Shown here: positions 38,680 to 49,218 of the stretch, piece by piece | How the letters are laid out: each line of letters opens with the position of its first letter | Numbering within the stretch: the stretch's first letter is position 1 | Assembly (NCBI GenBank): GCA_963842445.1 | Contig: CAWJHF010000017.1 | Location: forward strand, 11,706-75,705 | Reading direction: 5' to 3' | From: an uncultured Verrucomicrobiae bacterium | Lineage (GTDB): Bacteria > Verrucomicrobiota > Verrucomicrobiia > Limisphaerales > UBA11358 | DNA length: 64,000 bases | Notes under the pieces: model-generated | Database searches by the model: none | What the model was told of the DNA's origin: nothing | Seen by the model: only the letters and a program-made list of their open reading frames with translations | Made by a program: the position numbers and the translations under genes

Positions 38680-39324
38680 CTATTGCGACAGCACGTGACC
38701 GGAAACCGAGCAGGCCGGTGGCAAGCCAACGGCATTAATCGTGTAAGTGCCGCCGCTGGGACACACCGGTAAAACTCCGCCTTTCAAATAGGGCAGCAAA
38801 TCCAGCGCCGTCGGAACGGCTTCATCGGTTTTGTTGTTTACCAGCGCCCACTGCTGCTTGGCCGCGTTGATCTGCCGGAGGTTGTTGATGCAGGCGTTCC
38901 GCTGCGCGGCTTCGGTTTGGGCCTGTTGTTGTGCCGCCAACATGGCGGCACGCTGCGCTTGTTGCGCGGCGACTGCGTCCGCCTGCCATGCCTGCAACGC
39001 ATCCTGCTGCTGTTGCGCGACGAGGTGTACGCTCTTCAACTGCTGGGCCAACTGCTGATTCGTTTCGGTCAACTCGCGGACCTGGTTGCGCAGACGGAGC
39101 AAATCCTGGTTTTCACTGCGGAGGCGGGCAATTTCGGAATTTTGCGACTCAACGCTGGAATTTTTGCTTTTATCCAATTCCGCTTGCAACTGTTCGATCT
39201 GTAGTTTGGCGTCACGCGCGTCGGCCTGGGCCGCGCTTTTTTGCTGGTTGGCTGAAAAGAGGAGAAGTTCGCTGATTATCAGCGCCACGATGCACAACCA
39301 GAGAACCCAGCGTTTAAGTATCAT
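38680..39324 (-). CDS. membrane-anchored coiled-coil protein with a Cys-containing C-terminal domain
   Basis: N-terminal TM, a long Q/A-rich heptad region, and C-terminal CINNLRQINAAKQQWAL...VCPSGGTY...ACS. ATG at 39324 avoids overlap with the tRNA. Confidence 0.6.
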   Translation of the reverse strand: MILKRWVLWLCIVALIISELLLFSANQQKSAAQADARDAKLQIEQLQAELDKSKNSSVESQNSEIARLRSENQDLLRLRNQVRELTETNQQLAQQLKSVHLVAQQQQDALQAWQADAVAAQQAQRAAMLAAQQQAQTEAAQRNACINNLRQINAAKQQWALVNNKTDEAVPTALDLLPYLKGGVLPVCPSGGTYTINAVGLPPACSVSGHVLSQ

Positions 39325-39371
39325 GGTCAAGCTTCTTTTCGCGCTTTCGGCCGCCGCCGTCAAATCAGAAA

Positions 39372-39448
39372 TGGTACGCGAGGCGGGGGTCGAACCCACA
39401 ACCTTCGGCTCCGGAGGCCGACGCTCTATCCAATTGAGCTACTCGCGC
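39372..39448 (-). tRNA. tRNA-Arg (anticodon CCG), CCA encoded
   Basis: Reverse complement is GCGCGAG-TA-GCTC..GAGC-..-CGGCC-TCCGGAG.. Cloverleaf built by hand: anticodon loop CUCCGGA, T-loop GGTTCGA-like, and 3' ACCA. Confidence 0.9.
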
Positions 39449-39585
39449 AAGGCAAACCCACAATACGCACCCGCCTGCTTTTGCTCAAATGGAATCTGCA
39501 CCGCCGGCCGCTGATTTTGCGCGGGAAAGCAAAAAGGGACGGCGCAAGGCCGTCCCGGTGTCAATGCATGTCACCCCACAGATTA

Positions 39586-40080
39586 TTATTGCGGTGGATT
39601 CGCAGGCGGAGGAGTGGGTGCATTCGTGCTCCCGGCATTTGGGCCACCCGGAGGCGGACCCATTCGGCGCCCGCGCATGCCCAGTTGGGGCATTTTCTGC
39701 CACTTTTCAAATTGCTCCGGCGTGAGCAAGGATTTCATTTGCGCTTCTGTCTCGTCCTGGATGGCTTTTACTTTGGCTGCGCGGTCTTCCGGAGACAGGC
39801 TGGCAAAGCCGGGGTCCTGTCGCAGGTCGCGCATTTTCTGCATCCGGGACTCCATGATGGACCTGAATTTCGGCTTCTGGTCATCGGTCAGGTTGAGTTG
39901 CTGGGCAATCATGTCGAGATTCGGCCGGCCCCTCATGCCCGGGCCGCCGGGCGGCGGTCCGCCTGCCGGTGGAGGCGGTGGCGGAGAATTGGTGGCGTCC
40001 TGTGCATGGAGCGCAAAGTTCCACGCCAGCAGATTGCCGGCAACCAGTGCGGTGATGATCAATGGTTTCGTGATTTTCAT
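39586..40080 (-). CDS. periplasmic LTXXQ-motif (Spy/CpxP-family-like) protein
   Basis: Signal peptide, Pro/Gly-rich linkers, and LNLTDDQ and LLTPEQ motifs. Confidence 0.65.
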   Translation of the reverse strand: MKITKPLIITALVAGNLLAWNFALHAQDATNSPPPPPPAGGPPPGGPGMRGRPNLDMIAQQLNLTDDQKPKFRSIMESRMQKMRDLRQDPGFASLSPEDRAAKVKAIQDETEAQMKSLLTPEQFEKWQKMPQLGMRGRRMGPPPGGPNAGSTNAPTPPPANPPQ

Positions 40081-40167
40081 AAATTTGCTTCGGTCATTGT
40101 TTTCAAACTCCACCGCTCCAAAGTGGAACGGCGGCATGTTCCATCAGACGCGCAGGGTGCCGAAAGG

Positions 40168-41526
40168 TTACAACCCGCGCAACACTTTCGCGGCCGCGGT
40201 GACCGTTTTTTTAATATCCGTCAACATGTGCGCGGTGGAAATGAAACCGGCCTCGAATTGCGACGGTGCGAGATAAATACCTTCGTCCAGCATTCCGTGG
40301 AAATACTTTTTGAACCGGTCGCGGTCACTTTTCATCGCATCGGCCAAGCTCCAGACTGGTCCACTTGTGAAATACACGCAAAACATTGAGCTGCAACGGT
40401 TAAACGTAACGGCCACGCCGGCAGACTTTGCGGCGTCCTTCATGCCGGTTTCAAGTTGCGCGCCGAGTTTTTCGAGCTGGTCATAAACGTTCGCTTCGGA
40501 GGGCGGAGTTCCACGACGCCCTGACTTGGTTTCGAACTTCTTTTTAGCGGCTCGCGGAGTTCGTCCCTCCGACAACTCTTTGAGGGCCGCGATGCCCGCC
40601 GCCATTGCAACCGGATTGCCGCTCAACGTCCCGGCCTGATAAACCGGTCCCAGCGGCGCGAGCAAATCCATGATGTCGGCGCGTCCGCCGAACGCGCCCA
40701 CCGGCAAGCCGCCGCCGATGACTTTGCCGAACGTGGACAAATCCGGCGTGATGCCGAAACGTTCCTGCGCGCCGCCGCGTGCCACACGGAAACCCGTCAT
40801 CACTTCGTCGAAAATCAGCAACGCGCCGCTGGCCCTTGCGATTTCTCGGAGAAATTCCAGATAGCCCGGCTTTGGCAAATAAACTCCGGCGTTGCCCGGA
40901 ACAGGCTCAACGATGATTCCGGCGATTTGATTTTTGTTCGCGTTAAACGCGGCCTTCACCGCGTCAACATCGTTGAACGGCAAAACGATGGTGTGTTGCG
41001 TGAATGCCGCGGGCACACCGGCACTGTCAGGATTGCCAAACGTGAGCGCGCCGGAGCCGGCCTTCACGAGCAACGAATCCGCATGGCCGTGGTAGCAGCC
41101 GTCGAATTTGATGATTTTGTCGCGCTGGGTGAATCCGCGCGCAAGCCGAATCGCGCTCATGCACGCTTCCGTTCCCGAATTGCACATGCGGACTTTCTGC
41201 ACGCTCGGCACGAGCGAACAAATCATCTTCGCCATCGTGACTTCGTAAGGATTCGGGATGCCGAAGCTTGTGCCTTTTTCAGCGGCGGCCTTGACGGCGG
41301 AAATGATTTTCGGATGGGCGTGGCCGAGAATCGCCGGCCCCCAGGTGCAGACGTAATCAATGAATTCGTTGCCGTCCACGTCCCAGACGCGCGCGCCCTT
41401 GGCCCGGTTGACGAAAAATGGCCAGCCGCCGACGGCGCGGAAGGCGCGCACGGGCGAATTCACACCGCCGGGAATGTATTTCAGCGCCTCGGCGAACAAC
41501 GCTTCGGATTCGGCCCATGAATTCAT
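40168..41526 (-). CDS. hemL: glutamate-1-semialdehyde 2,1-aminomutase, with one extra in-frame segment
   Basis: [21 protein letters not shown], and FDEVMTGFR, with the PLP-Lys context [11 protein letters not shown] at 41526. Confidence 0.9.
   Translation of the reverse strand: MNSWAESEALFAEALKYIPGGVNSPVRAFRAVGGWPFFVNRAKGARVWDVDGNEFIDYVCTWGPAILGHAHPKIISAVKAAAEKGTSFGIPNPYEVTMAKMICSLVPSVQKVRMCNSGTEACMSAIRLARGFTQRDKIIKFDGCYHGHADSLLVKAGSGALTFGNPDSAGVPAAFTQHTIVLPFNDVDAVKAAFNANKNQIAGIIVEPVPGNAGVYLPKPGYLEFLREIARASGALLIFDEVMTGFRVARGGAQERFGITPDLSTFGKVIGGGLPVGAFGGRADIMDLLAPLGPVYQAGTLSGNPVAMAAGIAALKELSEGRTPRAAKKKFETKSGRRGTPPSEANVYDQLEKLGAQLETGMKDAAKSAGVAVTFNRCSSMFCVYFTSGPVWSLADAMKSDRDRFKKYFHGMLDEGIYLAPSQFEAGFISTAHMLTDIKKTVTAAAKVLRGL
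40497..40571. repeat. palindromic element family C (inside hemL, 75 nt)
   Basis: cggagggcggagttccacgacgcc...gcggagttcgtccctccg. The ends ggaggg and ccctcc pair. The arm gagggcggagttccacgacgcc recurs at 50242-50263. Confidence 0.85.
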
Positions 41527-42053
41527 TGCCGTGGTGGGAAAAACGTTTCCTGCAACGAACCCTTCTCGGTGCGGATGACCATGCCGACGCTGATGTTGTG
41601 CCGCGTGAACCAGCCGTCGCTGGTTTCGAGAACGTATAAGATGTTGTCGTTGGTGGCCACGACAGGAATGTTGTCGTTTTTTTCCAGATGATGAATCTCC
41701 TCGATGGCGCCGTCGGGACCGATGTAGGCGGCGGACAGCGACACGGGACAATTGGTCATCCAAAATCCGTTCGGCGCGCGCAGCGCCTCTGGAAGCACAA
41801 ACAGCATGGCGCTTTCATCGGTGACGTTGGTGCGGAACATCATGCCGGTCTGCTGCTCGCGCGGGGTGAGCGCCTGCTCGGCGTCCAGCGTTTCCGCGCC
41901 GAGATAAATTTTCATCGTCGGCAGTTTCGGCTGTGCCTGTTTTGGCAGCAAATTGTCAATGGTCGGCGGTTTGGCGGCGGCTTCGCCGGATTTTTTGCAG
42001 CCGGTCAATAATGCCGCGGTTAAAAACAACGCAATGAATCCTGTCAGTTTCAC
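41523..42053 (-). CDS. DUF192-family lipoprotein
   Basis: GTG start; lipobox LLTGC; GMMFR...MLFV...FWMTNC...LS.AYI is the DUF192 pattern. It overlaps the hemL start by 4 nt. Confidence 0.7.
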   Translation of the reverse strand: MKLTGFIALFLTAALLTGCKKSGEAAAKPPTIDNLLPKQAQPKLPTMKIYLGAETLDAEQALTPREQQTGMMFRTNVTDESAMLFVLPEALRAPNGFWMTNCPVSLSAAYIGPDGAIEEIHHLEKNDNIPVVATNDNILYVLETSDGWFTRHNISVGMVIRTEKGSLQETFFPPRQ

Positions 42054-42172
42054 GCGGCAAGGGTGCGAAATGCGGCGGCGATTTTCAATCAAACGTTGAA
42101 CGGCAAACGCGTTGTTCCATGCCCCGAGCCAACGCCGTGACCGGCGAAACGGATTCCCCGGCGTTTCAACAT

Positions 42173-44188
42173 TCAAGCTGGTTGTGTTGACAAAGCATGA
42201 GCTGGCGCAGGAACGGCATCAGCCGGAGCAAGAGCGCGCTCTTGCTTGCTTCCCGAAGAGGCGTCCAGGCATTTCCGGACTGTCTGGGCCAATTGCAGCG
42301 GCAGATAGGGTTTGGCAATAAAAGTGGTGTCGCTTGCACCGGAATCTTTTCCCATCAATTCGGAACTGTACCCGCTGGTGTAGAGCACTTTGAGTCCGGG
42401 CTTTTGTTTTTTTAATTCCGACGCCAAGTCGTTACCCGTCATGCCACCGGGCATGATCATATCGGTCAGGAGCAAATCAACCTGGCCATTGTGCTCGTTC
42501 CAAATCCGCAGGGCTTCAGCACCGGACGAAGCGGCCAAAACGCGGTAATGGTAGCCTTGAAGAACGTTCCGCACCAATTCCAGCAGGCCGGTTTCATCCT
42601 CGACGACGAGAATGGTTTCTTCACGTCCCTGAACCGGCTTGGGTTCAACGCTTGGCGCGACGGGTGTATTGCGGATTTCGCTGGCCACCGGCAGAAAAAC
42701 CTTGAAGGTGCTGCCGGCACCAATCTCGCTTTGGACTTCAATCCAACCCTGATGTTGTTTGACCATGCCGTAAATGGTGGCCAGACCAAGCCCCGTCCCC
42801 TTGCCCACCTCCTTGGTCGTAAAAAACGGCTCGAAAAGCCGTTGCAATACTTTGTAGTCCATGCCACAGCCGGTGTCCGTAACGGTCAAACAAACGAACC
42901 AGCCCGGCTGGGCTTCGGGATGCTGCCGCACGTGGGCGACCCCGATTTCAACGGCGGAAGTCGCAATGAGAAGCTTGCCGCCTTTGGGCATGGCGTCGCG
43001 CGCGTTGACCGCCAGATTCATGACAATCTGTTCGATCATGCCGGTGTCCGCTTCGATGTGCGGCAGTTTGGGCTGGTAGCGGGTCTCCAGCACGATGTCT
43101 TCGCCGAGCATTTGCGGGAGCATGTTTTCCAAGTTCTGCAGCACTGTGTTCAAATCGAGAATTTTCGAGCGGAAAATTTGCTTGCGACTGAATGTGAGCA
43201 ACTGTCGGACGAAGCTGGCCGCACGTTCCGACGCTGCGGAAATCTGCTTCAATGATCTGACCGAGTCCGAGTCTGGCGGCGTGATGTTGAGCAACAGTCC
43301 CGCGTGCCCCTGGATAACGGTCAAAATGTTGTTGATGTCATGCGCCACGCCGGCGGCCAGCTGGCCCACCGACTCCATTTTTTGCGACTGCCGCAATTGG
43401 GCTTCCAGCGTCAGACGTTCGGTGATGTCTTCGACCGTGACGACCATGCCGTCAATCTTGCCGGCGGCATCAAAAAGCGGTTTAGCGTTGGTCGAAAGCA
43501 AAGTGTGACGGCCATTGGGGCGATTTATCGTATAGCGGACGTCCTGCGCCACCTGGCCGGAATCGAGGACTTGTTTCAAAAGCGAGGGTTGTTCAACCAA
43601 TGGATTGCCTTCCAAATCGGTCGTGCGCCAATCCAGAACACTGCACGTTTTTTGCGCGATGGCGTCCTTGGTCAGGCCAAGCACTTCCTCCGCCCGATGG
43701 TTGGCAAAAGTGATTTTCCCCGCCCGGTCGGTGACAACGATGCCGACAGGGCTCGTTTCCATAATGCGGCTGATGAGGTCGCGGTCACGGCGGAGACGTT
43801 CCTTGGCGTGTTGACCTTCGATGGCATAGCGGATGGCGCGTTCCAGTTTGTCGGCGTCCAACTGGCCTTTGATCAGGTAGTCGGCGGCTCCGGCCTTCGT
43901 GGCTTCGAGATCAATCTCGTGATCACCCTGGCCTGTAAGAAGAACCATCGGTGGCCGGCCACTTAACGACTGCGATTCGCGTAACAACTCAAGTCCGGTC
44001 CGTTCACCCAGGCGATAATCCAACAGACAGATGTCGTGCTCACGACGCTGGAGCGCCGCCAAAGCGGCATCATAATTGTCAATCCAGTCCAGCCGATGGT
44101 TCCCGATTTGAGAAACAAGATCGCGCGTGATGATATAATCATCCTCATCATCATCCACCAGCAGGACTCTGACGGCAGTGTCGGACAT
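42173..44188 (-). CDS. hybrid sensor histidine kinase (REC-PAS-HisKA-HATPase-REC)
   Basis: N-terminal receiver VLLVDDDEDD...CLLDYRLG; H-box AAGVAHDINN; DTGCGM and GTGLGL; C-terminal receiver ILVVEDE...LLLTDMIMPG. Confidence 0.85.
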   Translation of the reverse strand: MSDTAVRVLLVDDDEDDYIITRDLVSQIGNHRLDWIDNYDAALAALQRREHDICLLDYRLGERTGLELLRESQSLSGRPPMVLLTGQGDHEIDLEATKAGAADYLIKGQLDADKLERAIRYAIEGQHAKERLRRDRDLISRIMETSPVGIVVTDRAGKITFANHRAEEVLGLTKDAIAQKTCSVLDWRTTDLEGNPLVEQPSLLKQVLDSGQVAQDVRYTINRPNGRHTLLSTNAKPLFDAAGKIDGMVVTVEDITERLTLEAQLRQSQKMESVGQLAAGVAHDINNILTVIQGHAGLLLNITPPDSDSVRSLKQISAASERAASFVRQLLTFSRKQIFRSKILDLNTVLQNLENMLPQMLGEDIVLETRYQPKLPHIEADTGMIEQIVMNLAVNARDAMPKGGKLLIATSAVEIGVAHVRQHPEAQPGWFVCLTVTDTGCGMDYKVLQRLFEPFFTTKEVGKGTGLGLATIYGMVKQHQGWIEVQSEIGAGSTFKVFLPVASEIRNTPVAPSVEPKPVQGREETILVVEDETGLLELVRNVLQGYHYRVLAASSGAEALRIWNEHNGQVDLLLTDMIMPGGMTGNDLASELKKQKPGLKVLYTSGYSSELMGKDSGASDTTFIAKPYLPLQLAQTVRKCLDASSGSKQERALAPADAVPAPAHALSTQPA

Positions 44189-44196
44189 AAACTGGA

Positions 44197-44652
44197 TTAC
44201 ACTCCGTCTTGCGGAAGTTTGACGACTTCGAACCAGTACTGGCCGAGGACCTTGACCAATTCCACCAGCGATTTGAACGTCACAGGCTTGGTGACGTAGG
44301 AATTTACCCCCAGATCGTAGCTGCGCAGAATATCCTCTTCGGCCTTTGAGGTGGTGAGGACGACGATGGGAATCCGGCGCAGCATGGGGTCTGACTTGAT
44401 TTCTTTGAGCGCCTCGCGCCCGTCTTTGCGTGGCATGTTCAAGTCGAGCAGTATCAGGCCCGGCAATGGCTCGCCGTTCAAATCGCGGTAGCGGCCGCGC
44501 CGGTGCAGGTAGTCCATCAATTCCTCGCCGTCCTCCACGCAATGGAGTTCATTGACCAGGCGGTTCTCCCCAAAAGCATCGCGTGTTAACTGCCGATCAT
44601 CCGGGTCATCGTCTGCCAAAAGAATTGTAATCATTTTCCCTTCCTTTTTCAT
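44197..44652 (-). CDS. CheY-like response regulator (Rcp1-type single domain)
   Basis: ILLADDDPDD, ILLDLNMPRKDG, and VVLTTS...YVTKP. Confidence 0.85.
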   Translation of the reverse strand: MKKEGKMITILLADDDPDDRQLTRDAFGENRLVNELHCVEDGEELMDYLHRRGRYRDLNGEPLPGLILLDLNMPRKDGREALKEIKSDPMLRRIPIVVLTTSKAEEDILRSYDLGVNSYVTKPVTFKSLVELVKVLGQYWFEVVKLPQDGV

Positions 44653-44659
44653 GGTTTCC

Positions 44660-47600
44660 TCATTCGTTTAGTACACCGTTGTTCGTTTCTTTCGTTTCTT
44701 TCGTTTCTTTGGGATGGGTCACCGGCAATGTCACGATAAACGTGGCTCCCGAACCCGGCTTGCTCCTGGCGGTGATGTCACCGTGGTGAAACACCGCAAT
44801 TTTCCGGGCTATTGCCAGCCCCATGCCCGTGCCTTCGTATTCGTTCCGGCTGTGCAACCGCTGAAACACGTTGAAGATCCGGTCGAGATATTTTTCGTCG
44901 AACCCAATGCCGTTGTCGCTGACCGTCAGGCGGCAAAGTTTTTCCTCCGGCGCGTCAGGACCAGCCTGCGGCCGAGGCCCGGAGATAATTTGCGCCGCGA
45001 CTTTCACCACGGGCGGCGCCTCAGGGCGGCGGAATTTGAGGGCGTTGCCAATCAAGTTTTGCAACAACTGACGCATCTGAAGCGCTTCCGCCTCGATAAC
45101 CGGAAGGGTTCCCGCTTCCACGCGCCCTTTGACCAGTTCGATCCGCCCCTCTAAATCGCTCAAGACATCACGGGCCACCTCCGCCAAATCCACCGGCTCG
45201 AACGGTTTTGCCTTGGTCGTGACGCGTGAAAAAGTCAGCAGCTCGTTGATCAGGTTTTGCATGCGCGCGGCCGCCTTCTGCATCCGCTCCAAATAATCGC
45301 GCGATTCGGCCTCCAGGGTTTCACAGGTCTTCTCCTTGAGCCGTTCACCAAAGACCACGATTTTGCGCAACGGTTCCTGCAAATCATGCGAGGCCACGTA
45401 GGCAAAATCCTGCAACTCGCGATTGCTGCGTTCAAGCTGGGCCATGAACTGGCGCAGTTTCTCCTCGCTCTTGCGCAAGGCTTCTTGCGCCACTTTCATC
45501 TCGTGGATATCACGCGTAACTCCCACCGTCCCCAAAACGTTTCCATTGTTGTCGCGCCAGAGCACCTTGCTGGTGACAGACCAGCGTTTCTGATCTGATT
45601 TGTCACCGGGGCTGACCTTGTATTGTTCCTGATTAATGACCGCCTTGCCGGATTTTATGATATTCTGTTCATCATTGTAAAACTGCTCGGCCAGTTCCCG
45701 CGGGAAATAGTCAAAGTCACTCTTGCCCTTCATTTCCTCCGGCGACTTTTCGCCGAGGTTTCCTGCATGAGCCAGATTGTTCAACACAAACCGCCCCTCC
45801 TTGTCTTTGGCATAGATGAAGTCCGGCAAATTGTCAATCAATGTGCGCAACAGGAGGCGCTCCCGGGCCAGCGTCTCTTCCGTCTCTTTGATCGCCGTCA
45901 CGTCACTGGAGATGCCGAAGGTGCCGATGATGTTTCCGTCCTTGTCGCGCCAGGGCATCTTCGCCGAGAGCCACCAAATGGCCTTGCCATCGGGGAGGGC
46001 GGCTTTCTGGATTTTGCCCATGATGGGCTTACCCGTGTGCATAATCTCCTGCTCGTCTTCATACGCGGCACGCGCGTGCGCCTCCGGGTAAGTGTCGAAA
46101 TCGGTTTTACCGATCAGCCATTCGCCGAAAGCCTCAACGCCCGCCAAGTGGGCCGGCCATTCGTCCGGACCGGCGGTCGGGTGGAGCGCGCGATAGCTCT
46201 CACGGGCGGTTTCCAGCGTCGCCTCCACTTTCGATTTGCTCGCCCGCACAAGGCGTGACTTCTGATCTTTGAAATAGATGTTGTCCGGAATATTTTCCAG
46301 CAGTGCCCGGAACAGTTCCCGTTCGTACTCCAGCCTGGCTTCCACCTGCTTGTATTCAGTGATGTCCCGGCCAATTCCCACCAGCCCGATGATTTTCCCG
46401 TTCGGATCGCGCAGCGGCAGCTTGCTGGTCAACAGCCAGCGCTCCTGGCCTGTTTCGTCTATGAAGTATTCCTGCCGGTTTAGTACTGGCTGGCCCTGAA
46501 TCACCTTCTGATCGTCGGCCCAGAATTTTTCGGCAATGTCCGGCGGAAATAGATTGAAATCACTCTTCCCAATGGCCTCGGCCTCGGTTTTGCAGCGGAG
46601 GTTTTTCAGGTTGGCTGGATTAACCAGCGTCTTCCGGCCGGAGGTGTCCTTGGTGTAGATGGCATCCGGCAGGTTGTCAATGAGCGTGCGCAGGAGGAGG
46701 CGTTCCTGGGCCAGCGATTCCTCCGTGTGTTTCTGGTCCGTGATGTCCCGGTTGATGCCCGCGATGCCGACCACCTTGCCTGTCTCGTCCCGAAGCGGCA
46801 CCTTGGTCACCGACGCCCAAGTGACTTCGCCGCCGAGCCGGGTCTGCGTCTCGATCTTGTTAATCAAAGGCTGGCCCGTCTGGATGATCTTTTGCTCGTC
46901 CTGGAAAAACTCCTGGGCTTTTTCCGGCGGGAAGAAATCAAAGTCCGTCTTGCCGACAGCCTGTTCCGGATCCGCCACGCCAATGCGCTTGGCGAGCGTC
47001 CGGCTGAGCTTGAGAAACCGCGATTGGGTGTCTTTGAAATAAATCCGGTCGGGAACGTTGTCCAGCATCGCCTGCAACAGCCGCTGAGCGCCGGCCAGCG
47101 CTTCTTCCGCCCGCTTCCGCTCGGCGATTTGTTGTTGCATCGCTGCGTTCCTCTCGGAAAGTTCGGCGGTGCGTTCGGTGACCCGCTGTTCCAGTTCGTC
47201 ACGCGATTGGCGCAACGCCTCCTCGGCCAGTTTCAGTTTGGTAATATCCCGCGCAATGCCGATCAACCCCGTAACATTGCCCTCATCGTCCTTCAACGGA
47301 ATTTTTGTGGTTAGGGACCAGCGCATTTCCCCCGTTCCTTTGTGCTGGGTGGGTTCCTCTTTGTTCATCGGCTGGCCTGAGCGCATCAGCGATTGTTCGT
47401 CGGCAAGATACTGCTCGGCCAGCTCCGGCCCGACAAAATCCGCGTCGCTCTTTCCCAACACCTTGTCCGGATGGCCGGCCCCCAGTTGCTGGGCGCAGGC
47501 CATGTTGGTGACGACAAACCGGCTCTGCGCGTCTTTGATAAAGACAAGGTCCGGCAGGTTGTCAATGAGCGTGCGCAAGAGGCGGCGTTCCCGGTTCAGC

Positions 47601-48904
47601 GATTCCTCCGTCTGTTTAAGCTCCGTGATGTCCTGGCTGATGCCCACCAGACCGATGACTTTTCCCCCATCATCCCGTAGCGGCACTTTGGTGACGGACG
47701 CCCAGGTGATTTTGCCGTCGGGCATCGTCACCTTCTCGATTTTACCAAGCAAGGGCTGTCCGGCCTCGAAGATTTTTTGCTCGTCCCGACGGAACTCCTC
47801 GGCCTTTTCCCGGGGATAAAAATCAAAGTCCGTTTTGCCAATGACCTGTTCCCAAGTTTCCACGCCCAGGCGCCGGGCGACCGCCCGATTGCACTGAACA
47901 AACCGGGATTCGGTGTCCTTGAAATAAACCCGGTCGGGGATGTTGTCCAGCACCGCCCGCAACTGGCTATTAGTGCGGGCCTGCGATTCCTTCATCTGTA
48001 CTTGATCCGTGATGTCCCGGTTGATGCCCGCGATTCCGAACACCTTGCCCGCCTTGTCCCGCAGCGGCACCTTGGTGGTGGACGTCCAGGCGATTTCGCC
48101 ATTGGGCAGGATCTGCCGCTCGGTCTTGTTGATCAACGCCTCGCCCGTCCGGATAATCCGTTGCTCATCCTGGTAAAATTCCTCGGCCTTTTCCGTTAGA
48201 TTGAAATCAAAGTCCGTCTTGCCAATGGCTTCTTCGGGATCTTTCACGCCCAGGCGCTTGGCGAGCGCATCACTGAGCTTCAAAAACCGGGATTGGGTGT
48301 CCTTGAAATAAATCCGGTCGGGGACGTTGTCCAGGATGGCCTGCAACAACAGGTGGGCATCGGCCATTGATTCCTCCGTCCGTTTCAGCCCCGTGATGTC
48401 CCGGCCGATACCCACCAGCCCGACGATCTTTCCGTTCGGATCGCGCAGCGGCAGCTTGCTGGTCAACAGCCAGCGTTTCTCGCCTTCCTCGTTAAAGAAA
48501 TACTCCTCCCGGCCAGTAACCGGCTCGCCTTGAATCACCTTCTGATCGTCAGCGGAGAATTTGGTCGCAATATCCGCGGGATAGAAATCGAAATCGGTTT
48601 TGCCGATGGCCTCGGTCTCGGTTTTGCAGCGGAGGTTTTTCAGGTCCGCCGGATTGGCCATAGTCTTCCGGCCGGCGGTGTCTTTGGTATAAATCAGGTC
48701 CGGCAGATTATCAATGATGGTGCGCAACAGGTCCCGCTCCTGCGCCAGCCGTGCATTTTCCTGGGTAAGCCGTTTGTTCTCTTGCGCGAGCAGCTCGCCG
48801 GGTTCCGCGGATTTCGAATTTTCCAAACACTTCATCGGGCGTTCGTCCGGCGACGCGGGGACGACTTTAGTCAATGGCGGCTCATTGCAACTAATTGTTT
48901 TCAT
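44660..48904 (-). CDS. multi-PAS sensor histidine kinase (about 9 PAS/PAC modules + HisKA + HATPase_c)
   Basis: Repeated ...DNLPD.IY.KD...GKTDFDF...DITE.K modules; H-box ASHDLQEPLR; DNGIGF and GTGMGL. An ATG lies at 48904, and the track's GTG alternative is at 48925. Confidence 0.85.
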   Translation of the reverse strand: MKTISCNEPPLTKVVPASPDERPMKCLENSKSAEPGELLAQENKRLTQENARLAQERDLLRTIIDNLPDLIYTKDTAGRKTMANPADLKNLRCKTETEAIGKTDFDFYPADIATKFSADDQKVIQGEPVTGREEYFFNEEGEKRWLLTSKLPLRDPNGKIVGLVGIGRDITGLKRTEESMADAHLLLQAILDNVPDRIYFKDTQSRFLKLSDALAKRLGVKDPEEAIGKTDFDFNLTEKAEEFYQDEQRIIRTGEALINKTERQILPNGEIAWTSTTKVPLRDKAGKVFGIAGINRDITDQVQMKESQARTNSQLRAVLDNIPDRVYFKDTESRFVQCNRAVARRLGVETWEQVIGKTDFDFYPREKAEEFRRDEQKIFEAGQPLLGKIEKVTMPDGKITWASVTKVPLRDDGGKVIGLVGISQDITELKQTEESLNRERRLLRTLIDNLPDLVFIKDAQSRFVVTNMACAQQLGAGHPDKVLGKSDADFVGPELAEQYLADEQSLMRSGQPMNKEEPTQHKGTGEMRWSLTTKIPLKDDEGNVTGLIGIARDITKLKLAEEALRQSRDELEQRVTERTAELSERNAAMQQQIAERKRAEEALAGAQRLLQAMLDNVPDRIYFKDTQSRFLKLSRTLAKRIGVADPEQAVGKTDFDFFPPEKAQEFFQDEQKIIQTGQPLINKIETQTRLGGEVTWASVTKVPLRDETGKVVGIAGINRDITDQKHTEESLAQERLLLRTLIDNLPDAIYTKDTSGRKTLVNPANLKNLRCKTEAEAIGKSDFNLFPPDIAEKFWADDQKVIQGQPVLNRQEYFIDETGQERWLLTSKLPLRDPNGKIIGLVGIGRDITEYKQVEARLEYERELFRALLENIPDNIYFKDQKSRLVRASKSKVEATLETARESYRALHPTAGPDEWPAHLAGVEAFGEWLIGKTDFDTYPEAHARAAYEDEQEIMHTGKPIMGKIQKAALPDGKAIWWLSAKMPWRDKDGNIIGTFGISSDVTAIKETEETLARERLLLRTLIDNLPDFIYAKDKEGRFVLNNLAHAGNLGEKSPEEMKGKSDFDYFPRELAEQFYNDEQNIIKSGKAVINQEQYKVSPGDKSDQKRWSVTSKVLWRDNNGNVLGTVGVTRDIHEMKVAQEALRKSEEKLRQFMAQLERSNRELQDFAYVASHDLQEPLRKIVVFGERLKEKTCETLEAESRDYLERMQKAAARMQNLINELLTFSRVTTKAKPFEPVDLAEVARDVLSDLEGRIELVKGRVEAGTLPVIEAEALQMRQLLQNLIGNALKFRRPEAPPVVKVAAQIISGPRPQAGPDAPEEKLCRLTVSDNGIGFDEKYLDRIFNVFQRLHSRNEYEGTGMGLAIARKIAVFHHGDITARSKPGSGATFIVTLPVTHPKETKETKETNNGVLNE

Positions 48905-49218
48905 ACCCAGAACCTGAGCACGCAAGACAGCTCAAGATTCAGTAAAATACAGCAGGTTGAATGCCTTCTCCCAGGCAATCCGTTCTGCCGCCAATTCGTC
49001 TTGGAAAATCCGGTCCCTTGCCATTAAATAGGACACGATGGCGGGGAAACGATACAAGTCCATAACGGCGCGACCTTGTATAAATGCTGGCGGCGCAGGA
49101 GCTTTTGCCAGCATCGCTGCCTGTGCGAAAATTGCAGCGTTTCCAGCCAACCGCTGAGACACACCGGCGGACGAGAGCCTTGCATGGAAGCTGCGTTGGC
49201 ACTAATGTCCCTTTGGCC

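Noticed and set aside
48932-49162. 76-aa minus-strand ORF in the gap between the PAS kinase gene and tRNA-Arg(TCT).
   Set aside because: It has no motif and no obvious ribosome-binding context, and its composition is intermediate. It could be a real small protein or a remnant, but the evidence is insufficient.
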